A DNA stretch of 64,000 nt from Planctomycetota bacterium (GTDB taxonomy: Bacteria > Planctomycetota > UBA1135 > UBA2386): positions 6,048,001 to 6,112,000 of the forward strand of contig JBKAGP010000001.1 of NCBI GenBank assembly GCA_046290465.1, read 5' to 3'. The notes under the pieces were generated by a model. That model was given only the letters and a program-made list of their open reading frames with translations. It did not search any database and was not told the origin of the DNA. Both the position numbers and the translations under genes were made by a program. Numbering within the stretch: the stretch's first letter is position 1; each line of letters starts with the position of its first letter. This document shows positions 1 through 9,849 of this stretch, piece after piece.

Positions 1-435
1 GGTCGCCGGGTCGGCGAGGTTCATCAGCACGCCGTAGCACTCGATCAGGTCGAACTCGCCGTCCGGCCAGGTCGACTCGTCGCCGAGGTCGACCGGCGCG
101 AACCGCACGTGCTTCTGCCGGTGCACGGCGCAGCGGCGGCGCGCGACCGCGAGGCTCGGCTCGCTCAGGTCGGTCGCGACGATCTCGGCGTTGGGGTTGG
201 CGACCGCGAACGCATACGGCTGGAACGTGCCGCAGCCGGCGATCCAGATCCGCGGCCGCGCCGGCGCCGCACTGCTGCCGCAGCGATCCCACAGCCACGC
301 GACGTGCAGCTCCCACGGGTGGGTGCTCGGCAGGTTGGCCAGCAGCGGCACCTGCGGGTAGGGCCAGGCCGCGTACTGCTGCTTCATCACCTCGGCCTTG
401 TCGGCCGAGGTCGGGTCCGCCTGCTTCGTCGTCAT
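1..435 (-). CDS. Class I SAM-dependent methyltransferase (runs off the left edge)
   Basis: Manual translation from ATG 435: MTTKQADP...QYAAWPYP...IWIAGCGT (motif I)...IVATDLSEPSL...FDLIECYGVL; open to position 1. Confidence 0.8.
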   Translation of the reverse strand, partial: MTTKQADPTSADKAEVMKQQYAAWPYPQVPLLANLPSTHPWELHVAWLWDRCGSSAAPARPRIWIAGCGTFQPYAFAVANPNAEIVATDLSEPSLAVARRRCAVHRQKHVRFAPVDLGDESTWPDGEFDLIECYGVLMNLADPAT

Positions 436-560
436 CCGTCGGTGACATCGGCCGAACGGGCCGCCGGCACTGAGCGCCGTCGACGGATTCGGGCGGGTCG
501 CGGCCAGGATTGCTATGCTGCGCGCGGGCGCCCGGCGCCCGGAAGGAGACCTACCGCCAG

Positions 561-1568
561 ATGCAATCCCATCCCGTCCTGCTCGCCCGACTCGCCGTCC
601 TCTCGTCCGTCTGCCTGATGGCCTCGTGGGCCCCGGCCCAGATCCAGGCGACGCTGCTCGCGCCGCAGCCGCTGGTGCTGCAGAACAGCAGCGGCACCCA
701 GAGCGTGCAGCCCGCCGGTCCGCTGACCTCCGCGGCGCTCGCGATCGGCCCGGCGTCGCTCGCCTGCAGCCTGGCGCCGTCGGCCAACGGCTGGCTGCTC
801 GAGTCCGACCAGAACTGTCCGCTGGCGTCCTCGGGCTACTACCTGGCGGACACCGAACTGCTGGTCTCGTTCTCGTCGCCGACGCCGGTCGTCTGCACGC
901 TCCGGCTCGAGAACCAGCTCGGCGGCGACGCCGGCGCCTACACGACCGTCGACGTCGGTGACGACGGCGTGCTCGAGTACGCGGAGCTGTGGGGTTCGAG
1001 CGCGCTGCTGACCACGCGCGACCACCTGGTGGTCACGGTCGGGCCGACGCCGCTCTCGGTGCGGATCACGCAGCAGTGCGGCGGTTGGCCGATCAGCGAG
1101 TCGCACCTCGACCTCGCACTCGAACCGTGGAGCCCGCTGGGGACGCCGGCGGCAGCGGGCGCGGGCGGCATGTTCACCTACGGCTCGTTCCCGCCACCGC
1201 AGATCCGCAGCGACCACCTGCTCGACCTGATCGACGACGGCGTGCCCGGCAGCTCGGGGCTGCTGCGGGCGCGCGGGCTCGGCCAGTTCGAGGTGTTCGT
1301 CGCGTCGCTGCAGCCCAACACGCTGCCGCTGCAGCTGCCGGCGCCGTTCGCAGAGACCTGCGACGTGCTGGCCAACGTCGGCGCGGTCGCGCCGGGCACG
1401 GTCGTGGCCGGCGGGTGGCTGTCGGACTCGTCGTGGGACCTCCGTCTGCCGCAGCTGCCGGCCGGCGTGACGTTCTACGTGCAGCACCTGTGCGCCAAGC
1501 TGCCGACCCAGTCCTGCCCCGGCAACACGCTGTTCGACGCGAGCAACGTCGTGCGCATCGATACCTGA
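561..1568 (+). CDS. Secreted hypothetical protein with beta-rich C-terminal domain
   Basis: AAGGAG upstream of ATG 561; signal-peptide-like N-terminus ending APA-Q; C-terminus LPQLPAGVTFYVQ...DASNVVRI. Confidence 0.7.
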   Translation: MQSHPVLLARLAVLSSVCLMASWAPAQIQATLLAPQPLVLQNSSGTQSVQPAGPLTSAALAIGPASLACSLAPSANGWLLESDQNCPLASSGYYLADTELLVSFSSPTPVVCTLRLENQLGGDAGAYTTVDVGDDGVLEYAELWGSSALLTTRDHLVVTVGPTPLSVRITQQCGGWPISESHLDLALEPWSPLGTPAAAGAGGMFTYGSFPPPQIRSDHLLDLIDDGVPGSSGLLRARGLGQFEVFVASLQPNTLPLQLPAPFAETCDVLANVGAVAPGTVVAGGWLSDSSWDLRLPQLPAGVTFYVQHLCAKLPTQSCPGNTLFDASNVVRIDT

Positions 1569-1570
1569 CG

Positions 1571-1634
1571 CATCCACACCGGGCTACATCGAGACCGGGC
1601 CATATCGAGACCGGACCACTCCGACACCGCCATC
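1571..1634. repeat. Degenerate 16-bp tandem repeat (3-4 units) in a convergent intergenic region
   Basis: catccacaccgggcta / catcgagaccgggcca / tatcgagaccggacca / ctccgacaccgccatc. Confidence 0.55.
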
Positions 1635-1659
1635 GGGGGACACCGGCATGGCGGCGGCC

Positions 1660-2802
1660 CTACAGCTCGTCGTCGTCGTCGGCCCCGTCGTACATGTCGG
1701 CGATCTCCTCGACCGCCGAGTGCAGGTCGTCCGGCGTCTTCAGCGGCAGGAACCGGCCGCGGCGGCCATTGCGCCGCACCTGCAGGAAGTTGGTCGACAG
1801 GTGCGCGGTCATCTCGCCGATCAGGTGCTCGACCTGCACCGCGTCGCGGCCCTCGACCTGCTTCTCGACGTAGTACCAGCCGAGGTCGAAGTCGCGGTCG
1901 AGCGATTCTGCCGAGAACGTGAACGTGTTGGTGTTGAACACGTCGACGATGTTCGGGTCGAAGCCGGCCGGGTAGCGCAGCTGCTCGATCAGCTGGGTTC
2001 GGCCGAGATACTGGAACGGCGAGCCGCCGACGTCCTCCGGCCACTTCGGCGCGACCTCGACGGTCATCTCGCAGCCGCTCTGGATGTGGTGGCCGAGCAC
2101 GATCGGGTCGATGCGGGCGCCGAGGTTGTCGACGTTGCGCACCAGCAGGTAGCGGCCGCCACGGTCGAGGAACCGCTGCAGCGCGCCGCAGCCGCGGAAC
2201 GCCGCGGCGAAGTCGCCGTGACCGGGGCCGTACGGCGACGGTTCGCCGTTCTCGAGTTCGAACAGCTCGCCCTTCTGCGTCAGGCGCACGGCCACGAACT
2301 GGGTGAAGTGCTCGATCGCCTCCGCGTCGAGGCCGAAGTTGTCGTGCTCGGCGAAGTGCGCCTTGGTGGCGTCGTCGGTCGCGAAGCTGTTCATGCAGAA
2401 CAGCGACACGTCCCCGGGCGTCGAACGGCGGTGGTGCAGCACGTCCTCGACCCCGAGGCCGAGGAACGACCGCGACGACGACAGCACCGGCACGACGCCC
2501 TTGACGACGCCGCCGAAGCGGGTCGCCATGCCGCCGTTGAGCACGACGACGCCGAGCTGGCCGTTCTTGATCGCCTCGAGGCCGATCTGCTCGAGCTCCT
2601 TGTGGGCGCGCGTCGCGCCGCCCGGCAGCTTCTGCACCGAGCCCGGCGGCGGCGCCAGCAGATCGCCGCTGACGGCGTTGGTCTCCCGGCTCAGGCGACC
2701 CTCGGCGATGTCCTTCTGCCAGCGTTGCTGCAGCTCCGCGTCGAAGCCGTAGCGCTGCAGTTCGTTCCGTTGCTGCTCGTTGAGCTCTTTCAAGCGGCGC
2801 AC
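1660..2802 (-). CDS. UTP--glucose-1-phosphate uridylyltransferase, UDPGP (eukaryote-like) family
   Basis: VVLNGGMATRFG..VKG, MNSFAT, PGHGDF, NVDNLGA, FNTN, RFLPLK motifs. Confidence 0.85.
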   Translation of the reverse strand: MRRLKELNEQQRNELQRYGFDAELQQRWQKDIAEGRLSRETNAVSGDLLAPPPGSVQKLPGGATRAHKELEQIGLEAIKNGQLGVVVLNGGMATRFGGVVKGVVPVLSSSRSFLGLGVEDVLHHRRSTPGDVSLFCMNSFATDDATKAHFAEHDNFGLDAEAIEHFTQFVAVRLTQKGELFELENGEPSPYGPGHGDFAAAFRGCGALQRFLDRGGRYLLVRNVDNLGARIDPIVLGHHIQSGCEMTVEVAPKWPEDVGGSPFQYLGRTQLIEQLRYPAGFDPNIVDVFNTNTFTFSAESLDRDFDLGWYYVEKQVEGRDAVQVEHLIGEMTAHLSTNFLQVRRNGRRGRFLPLKTPDDLHSAVEEIADMYDGADDDDEL

Positions 2803-2855
2803 AAGCTACCAACCGGGACGTTCCGTGGCGAGCCCGTCTCCGTTACACCAACAGC

Positions 2856-4820
2856 ATGGGTGGTACGTCGGACGGCGAACTCGCGAGCGAGGCTGCGCAC
2901 GGTGCGCTGTCGCCGGACGCGCCGTTGACGATGTTGCCCGGCATCGGGCCGACCACGGCGAGCCGGCTGGCGGCGGCGGGCCTGCGCCGCGCCTTCGACC
3001 TGGTGCTGTGGTTCCCGCGCCGCTACCGCGCGCTGCGCGAGGTGCGCGGGCCCGACCAGTCGCTGGTCGGCGAGCTGGTGCGCATCCAGGCGGTGGTGCA
3101 CAACGCGTCGCTGGCGTGGCTGCCGCGGCGGCGCGCGATGGTCACGATCACGTTCGCGTGCGACGACGGCAGCACGTTCGCGGCGCAGTTCTTCAACCAG
3201 CCGTGGATGAAGAAGAACTACCCCGTCGGCCAGCGGCGGCTGGTCGAGGGCACGCTGCAGGTCAAGGCGCGCCGGTTCGTGGTGCAGCAGCCGAAGATCC
3301 TGCCGGTCGGCGCCGATCCGGACGGCGAGGTGCAGCTGCGCTACCCCGAGATCGACGGGGTCTCCGACAACAAGCTGCGCCAGTGGATCGGCACCGTGCT
3401 CGACGGCCTCGACTACCGGGCGGTGGAGATGCCGCCGATGCCCAAGGGCCTCGAGGAGCTGACGCGGTCGGCGCGGCAGCTGCTGCTGGCGATGCACCGG
3501 CCGCAGGACGTCGCCGAGCACGAGCACGCGCGGCGGCACTTCGCGGTGCGCGAAGCGCTCGAACTGTTCGCCCGGGTCGAGCGGGCGCGGCAGGCGCGTC
3601 GGCGCCGCAGCGCGCGCGCGTTCCCGATCGATCCGCAGGTCTGCGAGCGGATCCTGTCGCGCATCCCGTTTGCGCTGACCAACGACCAGCGCGACGCGGT
3701 CGAGCTGCTGTGGCAGCGCCTGGCCGGCCCCGGCGCGATGGGCGTGCTGCTGCAGGGCGACGTCGGCACCGGCAAGACCGCCGTCGCGATTGCCGCGGCG
3801 CTGTCGGTCTGCGCGCGCGACGGCCTGGTGGCGTTCCTGGCGCCGACCGAACTGCTGGCCGAGCAGCACCACGAGTCGGTGTCGCGCTGGCTGCACGGCT
3901 CGGGCATCGACGTCGCGCTGTGCACCGCCTCGCACCGTCGCGAGGTGCCGAGAAGCGGGCCGCGGTTGGTGTTCGGCACGCACGCGCTGATGGCCGGCGA
4001 CGTCGCGATGCCCGGCCTCGGTCTGGTGATCGTCGACGAGCAGCACCGTTTCGGCGTCAACCAGCGCATGGCGTTGGTCGACAAGGGCGACAACCCGCAC
4101 GTGCTGGTGATGACGGCGACCCCGATCCCGCGCACGCTGGCGCTGGTCCTGTTCGGGGATCTCGACGCCGTCGTGCTGCGCGAACGGCCACCCGGCCGCG
4201 GTCCGGTGCGCGCCGTGCACGTGCCGGCGGCCAACTGGTCGCGCGCCGTGCACAGCATCGCGCGCGCGGTCCGCCGCGGCGGCCGCGTGTTCGTGGTCTG
4301 CCCGGCCGTCGGTGAGGACGGCGAGAAGGGCGGCGTGCTGCGCGTGTTCGAGACGCTGCGCAAGACGTTCCGCTGCGGCCACGTGCACGGCCGCATGAAG
4401 GCGAGCGAACGGCAGCGTCAGGTGGCGCTGTTCCGCGAGGGCATCACCGACGTGCTGGTCGGCACCACCGTGCTCGAGGTCGGCGTCGACGTGCCCGAGG
4501 CGACGCTGATCGTGGTGGTCTCGGCCGAGCGCTTCGGCATTGCGACCCTGCATCAGCTGCGCGGCCGCGTCGGCCGCGGCCGCCGGCGCGGCCTGGCCCT
4601 GCTGTGCGGGGACAAGAGCGAGCGGGTCGCCGCGATCTGCCGCACCACCGACGGCTTCGAACTGGCCGAGGCGGACCTCGCGCTGCGCGGCAGCGGCGAA
4701 CTGCTCGGCACCCAGCAGAGCGGCTTCGGCGAGCTGCGCGCGCTCGACCCGATCCGCGACCTCGAACTGCTGCGCCGCGCCCGCGACGCGGTGCGCACCG
4801 ATCCAGAACCGACGCCATGA
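2856..4820 (+). CDS. recG: ATP-dependent DNA helicase RecG
   Basis: FFNQPW, LLQGDVGTGKT, APTELLAEQH, DEQHRFGV, MTATPIPRTL, LHQLRGRVGRG, DGFELAE.DL..RG.GE. Confidence 0.95.
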   Translation: MGGTSDGELASEAAHGALSPDAPLTMLPGIGPTTASRLAAAGLRRAFDLVLWFPRRYRALREVRGPDQSLVGELVRIQAVVHNASLAWLPRRRAMVTITFACDDGSTFAAQFFNQPWMKKNYPVGQRRLVEGTLQVKARRFVVQQPKILPVGADPDGEVQLRYPEIDGVSDNKLRQWIGTVLDGLDYRAVEMPPMPKGLEELTRSARQLLLAMHRPQDVAEHEHARRHFAVREALELFARVERARQARRRRSARAFPIDPQVCERILSRIPFALTNDQRDAVELLWQRLAGPGAMGVLLQGDVGTGKTAVAIAAALSVCARDGLVAFLAPTELLAEQHHESVSRWLHGSGIDVALCTASHRREVPRSGPRLVFGTHALMAGDVAMPGLGLVIVDEQHRFGVNQRMALVDKGDNPHVLVMTATPIPRTLALVLFGDLDAVVLRERPPGRGPVRAVHVPAANWSRAVHSIARAVRRGGRVFVVCPAVGEDGEKGGVLRVFETLRKTFRCGHVHGRMKASERQRQVALFREGITDVLVGTTVLEVGVDVPEATLIVVVSAERFGIATLHQLRGRVGRGRRRGLALLCGDKSERVAAICRTTDGFELAEADLALRGSGELLGTQQSGFGELRALDPIRDLELLRRARDAVRTDPEPTP

Positions 4821-5440
4821 CGCATCCCAACGCATTGACCGTCGCGCAGGCCCGCGCGATCGACCGTGAGGCCCACGACCGCCTCGGCATGCCGACCGTG
4901 CTGCTGATGGAGAACGCCGCGCGGTCGGTCGCCGAAGCCGCGCGCACGCTCGGCCAGCGGTTCGTGATCCTGTGCGGTGCCGGCAACAACGGTGGCGACG
5001 GCCTGGCGGTCGCGCGCCACCTCGGCTTCGCCCGCTGCGCGATCCACCTGCTCGCCGAGCCCGATCCCGAGCGCGCCGCCGACGCGGCGCTGCAGCGCGA
5101 CATCCTGCACCGGGCCGGCGCCCGCCTGCGGGTCGCGCAGGCGCCGGATCCGGCCGAGCACTCCGGCGCGGTCTGGATCGACGCGCTGTTCGGCACCGGC
5201 CTGACCCGCGAGCTGACCGGTGCGGCGCGCGACTGGGTCGAGGTGTTCAACTACGCGACCGGCCACAAGCTCAGCGTCGACATCCCGTCGGGCCTGCACG
5301 GCGACACCGGCGAGGTGCTCGGGATCGCGTGCCGGGCCGACCAGACCGTGACGTTCGTGGCCCCGAAGGTTGGCATGCGAACCGAGACCGGCGAAGCGCA
5401 CTGCGGCCGCATCACGGTGGTGGGGCTGGGGCTGCCGTAG
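4817..5440 (+). CDS. nnrE: NAD(P)H-hydrate epimerase (stand-alone YjeF-N domain)
   Basis: ATGA overlap with recG stop; LMENAA, CGAGNNGGDG, DALFGTG, VDIPSG. Confidence 0.9.
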   Translation: MTHPNALTVAQARAIDREAHDRLGMPTVLLMENAARSVAEAARTLGQRFVILCGAGNNGGDGLAVARHLGFARCAIHLLAEPDPERAADAALQRDILHRAGARLRVAQAPDPAEHSGAVWIDALFGTGLTRELTGAARDWVEVFNYATGHKLSVDIPSGLHGDTGEVLGIACRADQTVTFVAPKVGMRTETGEAHCGRITVVGLGLP

Positions 5441-5499
5441 GCCCGCGCACGGACCGGCCGGCAGCAGCACCGGGCCGGGTCGACGGCTACGATCGCCGC

Positions 5500-7668
5500 A
5501 TGCTCCGGGTCCTCGCGGCAGTCGTCGTCACCCTCGTCACCGTCCCCTCCAACCCCGCGCAGCAGGCGCCCGACCGGCAGACGCCCGACCGGCAGACCCC
5601 CGACCGGCAGACCCCCGACTGGCAGCCGCTGGTCGAACGGCTGCGGACCGTCGAGGCGGTGCCGCCGTTCGGCAACGACGTGCCGATGGACGTGCGCGCG
5701 TGGTCGACGGCGGTCGTCGAGGGCGTGTCGGCCGAGGATCGCGCGCGGCTGTTCGCCGAGGGGCTGCGGCGCGACGACGTCGGTCGCGCGGTCGCCGTCG
5801 TCACGCTGCTCGCCGCGGCCCAGCGCGAGGCGGCGACCGCGGCGCAGGTCTATCGCGAGCTGATCGCCTGCCACGTGCTCGAGAACGTCGCGCGCTCGGC
5901 CGAGGTCAGCGGCAACGTCACCGCGTCGCGCACTCCCGAATGGCTCAAGAAGGTGCGGCCCAAGGCGCGCGCCCGCGGCCTGACGCTGCTGGCCAGGATG
6001 CTGCGCGAGTTCCCCGGCGATTTGCACACTGCGCGCGCGATCGCGCAGGGGGCGCTGGGCCTGGTCGACGAACCGAAGGTCGCGCTCGACGTCGAGGCGG
6101 CGGCGCGGCAAGCCGCGCTGCAGCAGCTCGGCGACGACGCGCGCGCCGAGGACTACACGGCGCTGTTCGGCCTGCAGCTGAAACGGCGCGACCTGGACGG
6201 CGCGCGCGCGGCGCTGGCCCGTGCCCGCAAGGCGCGGCCGCCGTTCGATCTGGCGCGGCGCGAACGCTTGCTCGAATCGTTCGAGCTGGCCGAAGTGACG
6301 CTCGCGCGCGTCGCGGCGCTGGAGCGGCGGCTGGCCGCCGGCGACGACGCGCCGCTGGTGCGGCTGCAGCTGGCCTGCGCGATCGCCGCCGACGACGTCG
6401 AGCAGCGCTGCCGGGCGCTGGTCGCCGATGGCTTCGAGCACGCGCTGCCGGACACCGTGCTGGCGCTGCGCGCGCTGGCGGCGGGGCGGCGCGACGACGC
6501 GGTCGCGCACACCGAGCGCGCCCGTTCGCTGCCGGGCGGGGACGAGGGCGTCGCGGTGCTGGTCGCGATGCTGCAGTGGCCGCAGCTGCAGCAGAAGCTG
6601 CTGCAGGCACCCGGCGACGATGCGACCGCGCTCGAGGTCGAGAAGCTGCTGGCCGAGATGGACGAACTGCTCGGGGAAGGCGACAGCGCCGCGGTCGCGA
6701 TGTTGCGCGGACTGCGCGATGCCGGCTGGCCGCAGGTGCCGCAGCAGCAGGTCACGCGGCACCTCGCCGAGGTCTACGGCGGCCAGCAGCGGGCGCCGAC
6801 GTCCGCGGCCGAGTACTCGCTGGCGATGGCCGGGGTGCTGGCTGGGCTGGTCGAGGCCGGCGGCGACGTCGCGCCGGCGCTGCGCTTCCTGCAGGTGCCA
6901 GTGGCGGAACCGCTGGCGCAGCGGCCGCTGCTGATGCGCCAGCGCTCCGCGTGCGCGACCACGGTCGCGGTCTGGGCCGACATGCACGACGCGTCGGCGC
7001 AGGTGCTGGCCGAGGCGCGACGGCTTTCCAAGGCCGCGCGGGACCGCAGCCGCGGTCTCGACGACGGTGCATTCGCCGGCTACCTCGACGCGGTCGAGGC
7101 CTGGGTCGCCGCCGACGGCGAAGCAGCACAGCGCGCCGTGCTGGCGTCGTTGCGGTTGCTCGATGGCTCACCGGTCCAGTCCGGCGCGTGGCTGCCCGGT
7201 TCTGCGCCGATGGTGCTCGGCAGCGCGCTCGACGGCAGCTTCGATCGCGACGCGTTCGTCGCCCTGCGCGTCGTCACCGGCCAGGCGCGCAAGCCGGTCT
7301 CGCTGATCCCGCTGGCGGTCGCCGGCATGGTGCGCGAACCCGAGGCGTCGCGGCAGATGACGGAGTACCTGCGGTCGGCGGTGACCGACGGCCGCGGCCG
7401 CAACGTGCTCGCGGTCGCCGAGATCGAAGGCGGCGCGGCGCCCGCGGTGGCCGCTGCGCGCGCCCGGCAGGTGCTGGCCAGTGACGACTGGAGCGACGAC
7501 GAGGCGCGCGAACTGCAGCACGGGGTCTGGCTGCGGTTCCGCCTCGACTGGGGCCTCAACTACAACAGCCGCGGCCCGCAGCTCGACGTGGCCTTGACCT
7601 GCGAGCCGGTGCTGCTGCCGAAGTTGCCGTCGGCGACGAAGCTCGACCGCTACGTGCGGCGCCGCTGA
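5500..7668 (+). CDS. Secreted helical (TPR-like) hypothetical protein
   Basis: Hydrophobic N-terminus from ATG 5500, Ala/Leu-rich helical body, coding-like third-position GC. Confidence 0.65.
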   Translation: MLRVLAAVVVTLVTVPSNPAQQAPDRQTPDRQTPDRQTPDWQPLVERLRTVEAVPPFGNDVPMDVRAWSTAVVEGVSAEDRARLFAEGLRRDDVGRAVAVVTLLAAAQREAATAAQVYRELIACHVLENVARSAEVSGNVTASRTPEWLKKVRPKARARGLTLLARMLREFPGDLHTARAIAQGALGLVDEPKVALDVEAAARQAALQQLGDDARAEDYTALFGLQLKRRDLDGARAALARARKARPPFDLARRERLLESFELAEVTLARVAALERRLAAGDDAPLVRLQLACAIAADDVEQRCRALVADGFEHALPDTVLALRALAAGRRDDAVAHTERARSLPGGDEGVAVLVAMLQWPQLQQKLLQAPGDDATALEVEKLLAEMDELLGEGDSAAVAMLRGLRDAGWPQVPQQQVTRHLAEVYGGQQRAPTSAAEYSLAMAGVLAGLVEAGGDVAPALRFLQVPVAEPLAQRPLLMRQRSACATTVAVWADMHDASAQVLAEARRLSKAARDRSRGLDDGAFAGYLDAVEAWVAADGEAAQRAVLASLRLLDGSPVQSGAWLPGSAPMVLGSALDGSFDRDAFVALRVVTGQARKPVSLIPLAVAGMVREPEASRQMTEYLRSAVTDGRGRNVLAVAEIEGGAAPAVAAARARQVLASDDWSDDEARELQHGVWLRFRLDWGLNYNSRGPQLDVALTCEPVLLPKLPSATKLDRYVRRR
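5569..5625 (+). repeat. 15-bp coding tandem repeat (PDRQT x~4)
   Basis: cccgaccggcagac(g/c) repeated, encoding PDRQTPDRQTPDRQTPDWQ. Confidence 0.85.
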
Positions 7669-7671
7669 TCG

Positions 7672-8484
7672 CTACGCCCAGAAGTCGCCGACCACTGCGC
7701 TCCAGGCCGCGGCGTCCTCGAGCGGCGACATGTGGCCGGTGCCGGCGATCACCTCGAGGCGCGCGCCGGGGATCTGCGGCGCCCACCGCTCGGCCTCCTC
7801 GAGCGGCGTGATCGCGTCCTGGTCGCCTGTGACCACCAGCGTCGGGATCGAGAAGCCGGGCAGTTCGTTGCTGCGGTCGTCGCGCTGCTGCAGGCCGCGC
7901 TGGTCGGCGACGATGGTCTCGGCGGGCAGGCCTTCGATCATCGTGCGCAGCTGCGCCTGGTGCAGCGGGTCGGCGCCGGGCGCGAGCAGCTTCGGCAGCA
8001 TGCCGTCGGCGATCGCGCTGCGCCCCTTCGTCGCGACCGTCGCGATCGCGGCGTCGCGGCCGGCGCGCTGCGCGTCGCTGTCGGCGGCGGCCCGGGTGTT
8101 GCTCAGCACCAGCGAACGCACCAGCTCGCGGTGCTGCCGGTGCAGCGCGAACGCCACGTAGCCGCCCATGCTGAGGCCGCACACGTCGGCCGGCTCGTCG
8201 CCGAGCGAACGGATCACGTGCGCGACGTCGTCGGCCAGGCGTTGCATCGTGTGCACCGGATCGCCGCGCCACGGCGACTGGCCGTGGCCGCGCAGGTCGA
8301 CCGCGCACAGCGTGCGGCGGCGGCTGAGCTCGCCGTGCATCACCTCGAGCCACATCCGGTGGTCGAGCGGGAAGCCGTGGATCAGCACCGCCAGCGGGCC
8401 GTGGCCGCGCAGGTGCACGGCGATGCGTGCCGGGCGCTGGCCCTCGGGTGCGGTGGCGATGTCGACGATGCGGGTCTCGATCAT
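7672..8484 (-). CDS. Alpha/beta fold hydrolase
   Basis: LIHGFPLD, DLRGHGQS, nucleophile elbow GLSMGG, GDQD, GH catalytic His; start overlaps rlmD stop. Confidence 0.9.
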   Translation of the reverse strand: MIETRIVDIATAPEGQRPARIAVHLRGHGPLAVLIHGFPLDHRMWLEVMHGELSRRRTLCAVDLRGHGQSPWRGDPVHTMQRLADDVAHVIRSLGDEPADVCGLSMGGYVAFALHRQHRELVRSLVLSNTRAAADSDAQRAGRDAAIATVATKGRSAIADGMLPKLLAPGADPLHQAQLRTMIEGLPAETIVADQRGLQQRDDRSNELPGFSIPTLVVTGDQDAITPLEEAERWAPQIPGARLEVIAGTGHMSPLEDAAAWSAVVGDFWA

Positions 8485-9764
8485 GCGTGCTTGCGGCGCA
8501 GCCGGGCCACGCACTCGACGTGGTAGGTCTGCGGGAACATGTCGACGGCCTCGACCGACAGCAGTTCGTAGCCGCCGTCGACGAACGACCGCAGGTCGCG
8601 CGCCAGCGTCTGCGGGTCGCACGAGACGTAGTGGATGCGTTCGGCGCCGAGCTCGAGCAGCATCGGGATCGCCGGCTTGGCGCCGAGCCGCGGCGGGTCC
8701 ATCAGCACCAGCTCCGGCTTCTCCTTGTTGGCCGCGAGGAACTGCTCGGTCGTCTTGCGCAGGTAGTGCACGTTGTTGCAGCGGTTCATCTTGGCGTTGA
8801 CGCGGCCGAGCGTCGCGGCGCGCCGCTCGTCCTCGACCGACACCACGCGCTCGAACCGCTGGCTCAGCGGCATCGAGAACAGCCCGACGCCGGCGTAGAG
8901 GTCGAACGCCAGGCCGCCCCGTTCGTCGCCGATGCCGCACTCGACCAGCTTGTGCACCAGGTGGCGATTGCCCTGGAAGAAGCTGTCCGGCTCGATCAGG
9001 TAGCGGAAGCCGAGCACCTCGTGCTCGACCAGGTCCTTGCGCATGCCGGGCATGTCGGGCGACCACGACGCGCCGTCGACGCCGCACGAGCCTTCGACCT
9101 GGTACGGCCACTCCTTGCGCGGCAGGCCGGTCAGCGCCTGGCGCACCTTGCCGACGCCGTGCCACAGGTCGGGCGCCAGCACCGGACACTCCTCGAGGTC
9201 GAGCACCGAGTGCGAATGCGCGCGGTGGAAGCCGATCACCGGCACCTTCGGCGTCGGCGCCCCGTCGTCCGGCTGCGGTTGCCGTTCGTGGCGACGCAGC
9301 CGGCCCTCGCTGCCGTCGGGGCGGCGGCCCGAGGTCGCCTTGAGCTTGAGCTGCGTGCGCGAACGGTACGACCACGGCTCGGCGTGGTGCACCGTGACCT
9401 CCTCCGGCCAGTCGAAGCGGCCGATGCGCGTCAGCGCGTCGCGCACGAACTCCTGCTTGGCGCGCACCTGCGCCTCGTAGGAGACGTGCTGGTAGTTGCA
9501 GCCGCCGCATTCGCCGAAGTGGCGGCACTTCGGCTCGACGCGGTCGGGCCCGGGCTCGACGATCTCGACCAGCTTCGCGCGCAGGAACGACTTCTGCACC
9601 TCGGTGACCTCGACGCGCACCAGCTCGTCCGGGGCCGCGAACGGCACGAACACCGCCATGCCCTGGTGGCGCGCGATGGTCGCGCCGCCGAACGCCAGAC
9701 GCTCGGTGCGCAGTTCGAGGATGGTGCCGGGCTCCGGCGCGGTGTCGGTCGTCGGGTCGCTCAT
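8481..9764 (-). CDS. rlmD: 23S rRNA m5U methyltransferase (TRAM domain, RlmD/TrmA family)
   Basis: C..FGECGGC Fe-S motif, SFFQGN, DLYAGVGLF, DPPRLG, YVSCDPQTLARD, DMFPQTYHVE. Confidence 0.9.
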   Translation of the reverse strand: MSDPTTDTAPEPGTILELRTERLAFGGATIARHQGMAVFVPFAAPDELVRVEVTEVQKSFLRAKLVEIVEPGPDRVEPKCRHFGECGGCNYQHVSYEAQVRAKQEFVRDALTRIGRFDWPEEVTVHHAEPWSYRSRTQLKLKATSGRRPDGSEGRLRRHERQPQPDDGAPTPKVPVIGFHRAHSHSVLDLEECPVLAPDLWHGVGKVRQALTGLPRKEWPYQVEGSCGVDGASWSPDMPGMRKDLVEHEVLGFRYLIEPDSFFQGNRHLVHKLVECGIGDERGGLAFDLYAGVGLFSMPLSQRFERVVSVEDERRAATLGRVNAKMNRCNNVHYLRKTTEQFLAANKEKPELVLMDPPRLGAKPAIPMLLELGAERIHYVSCDPQTLARDLRSFVDGGYELLSVEAVDMFPQTYHVECVARLRRKHA

Positions 9765-9849
9765 CGTGGGGGCGACCAGGGTAGCGCCGGTGGGCGTGGA
9801 AGCGAGTTCGCGGTCGCGCGGGGCGGATCGGGCCCCGATCGGGTACATC

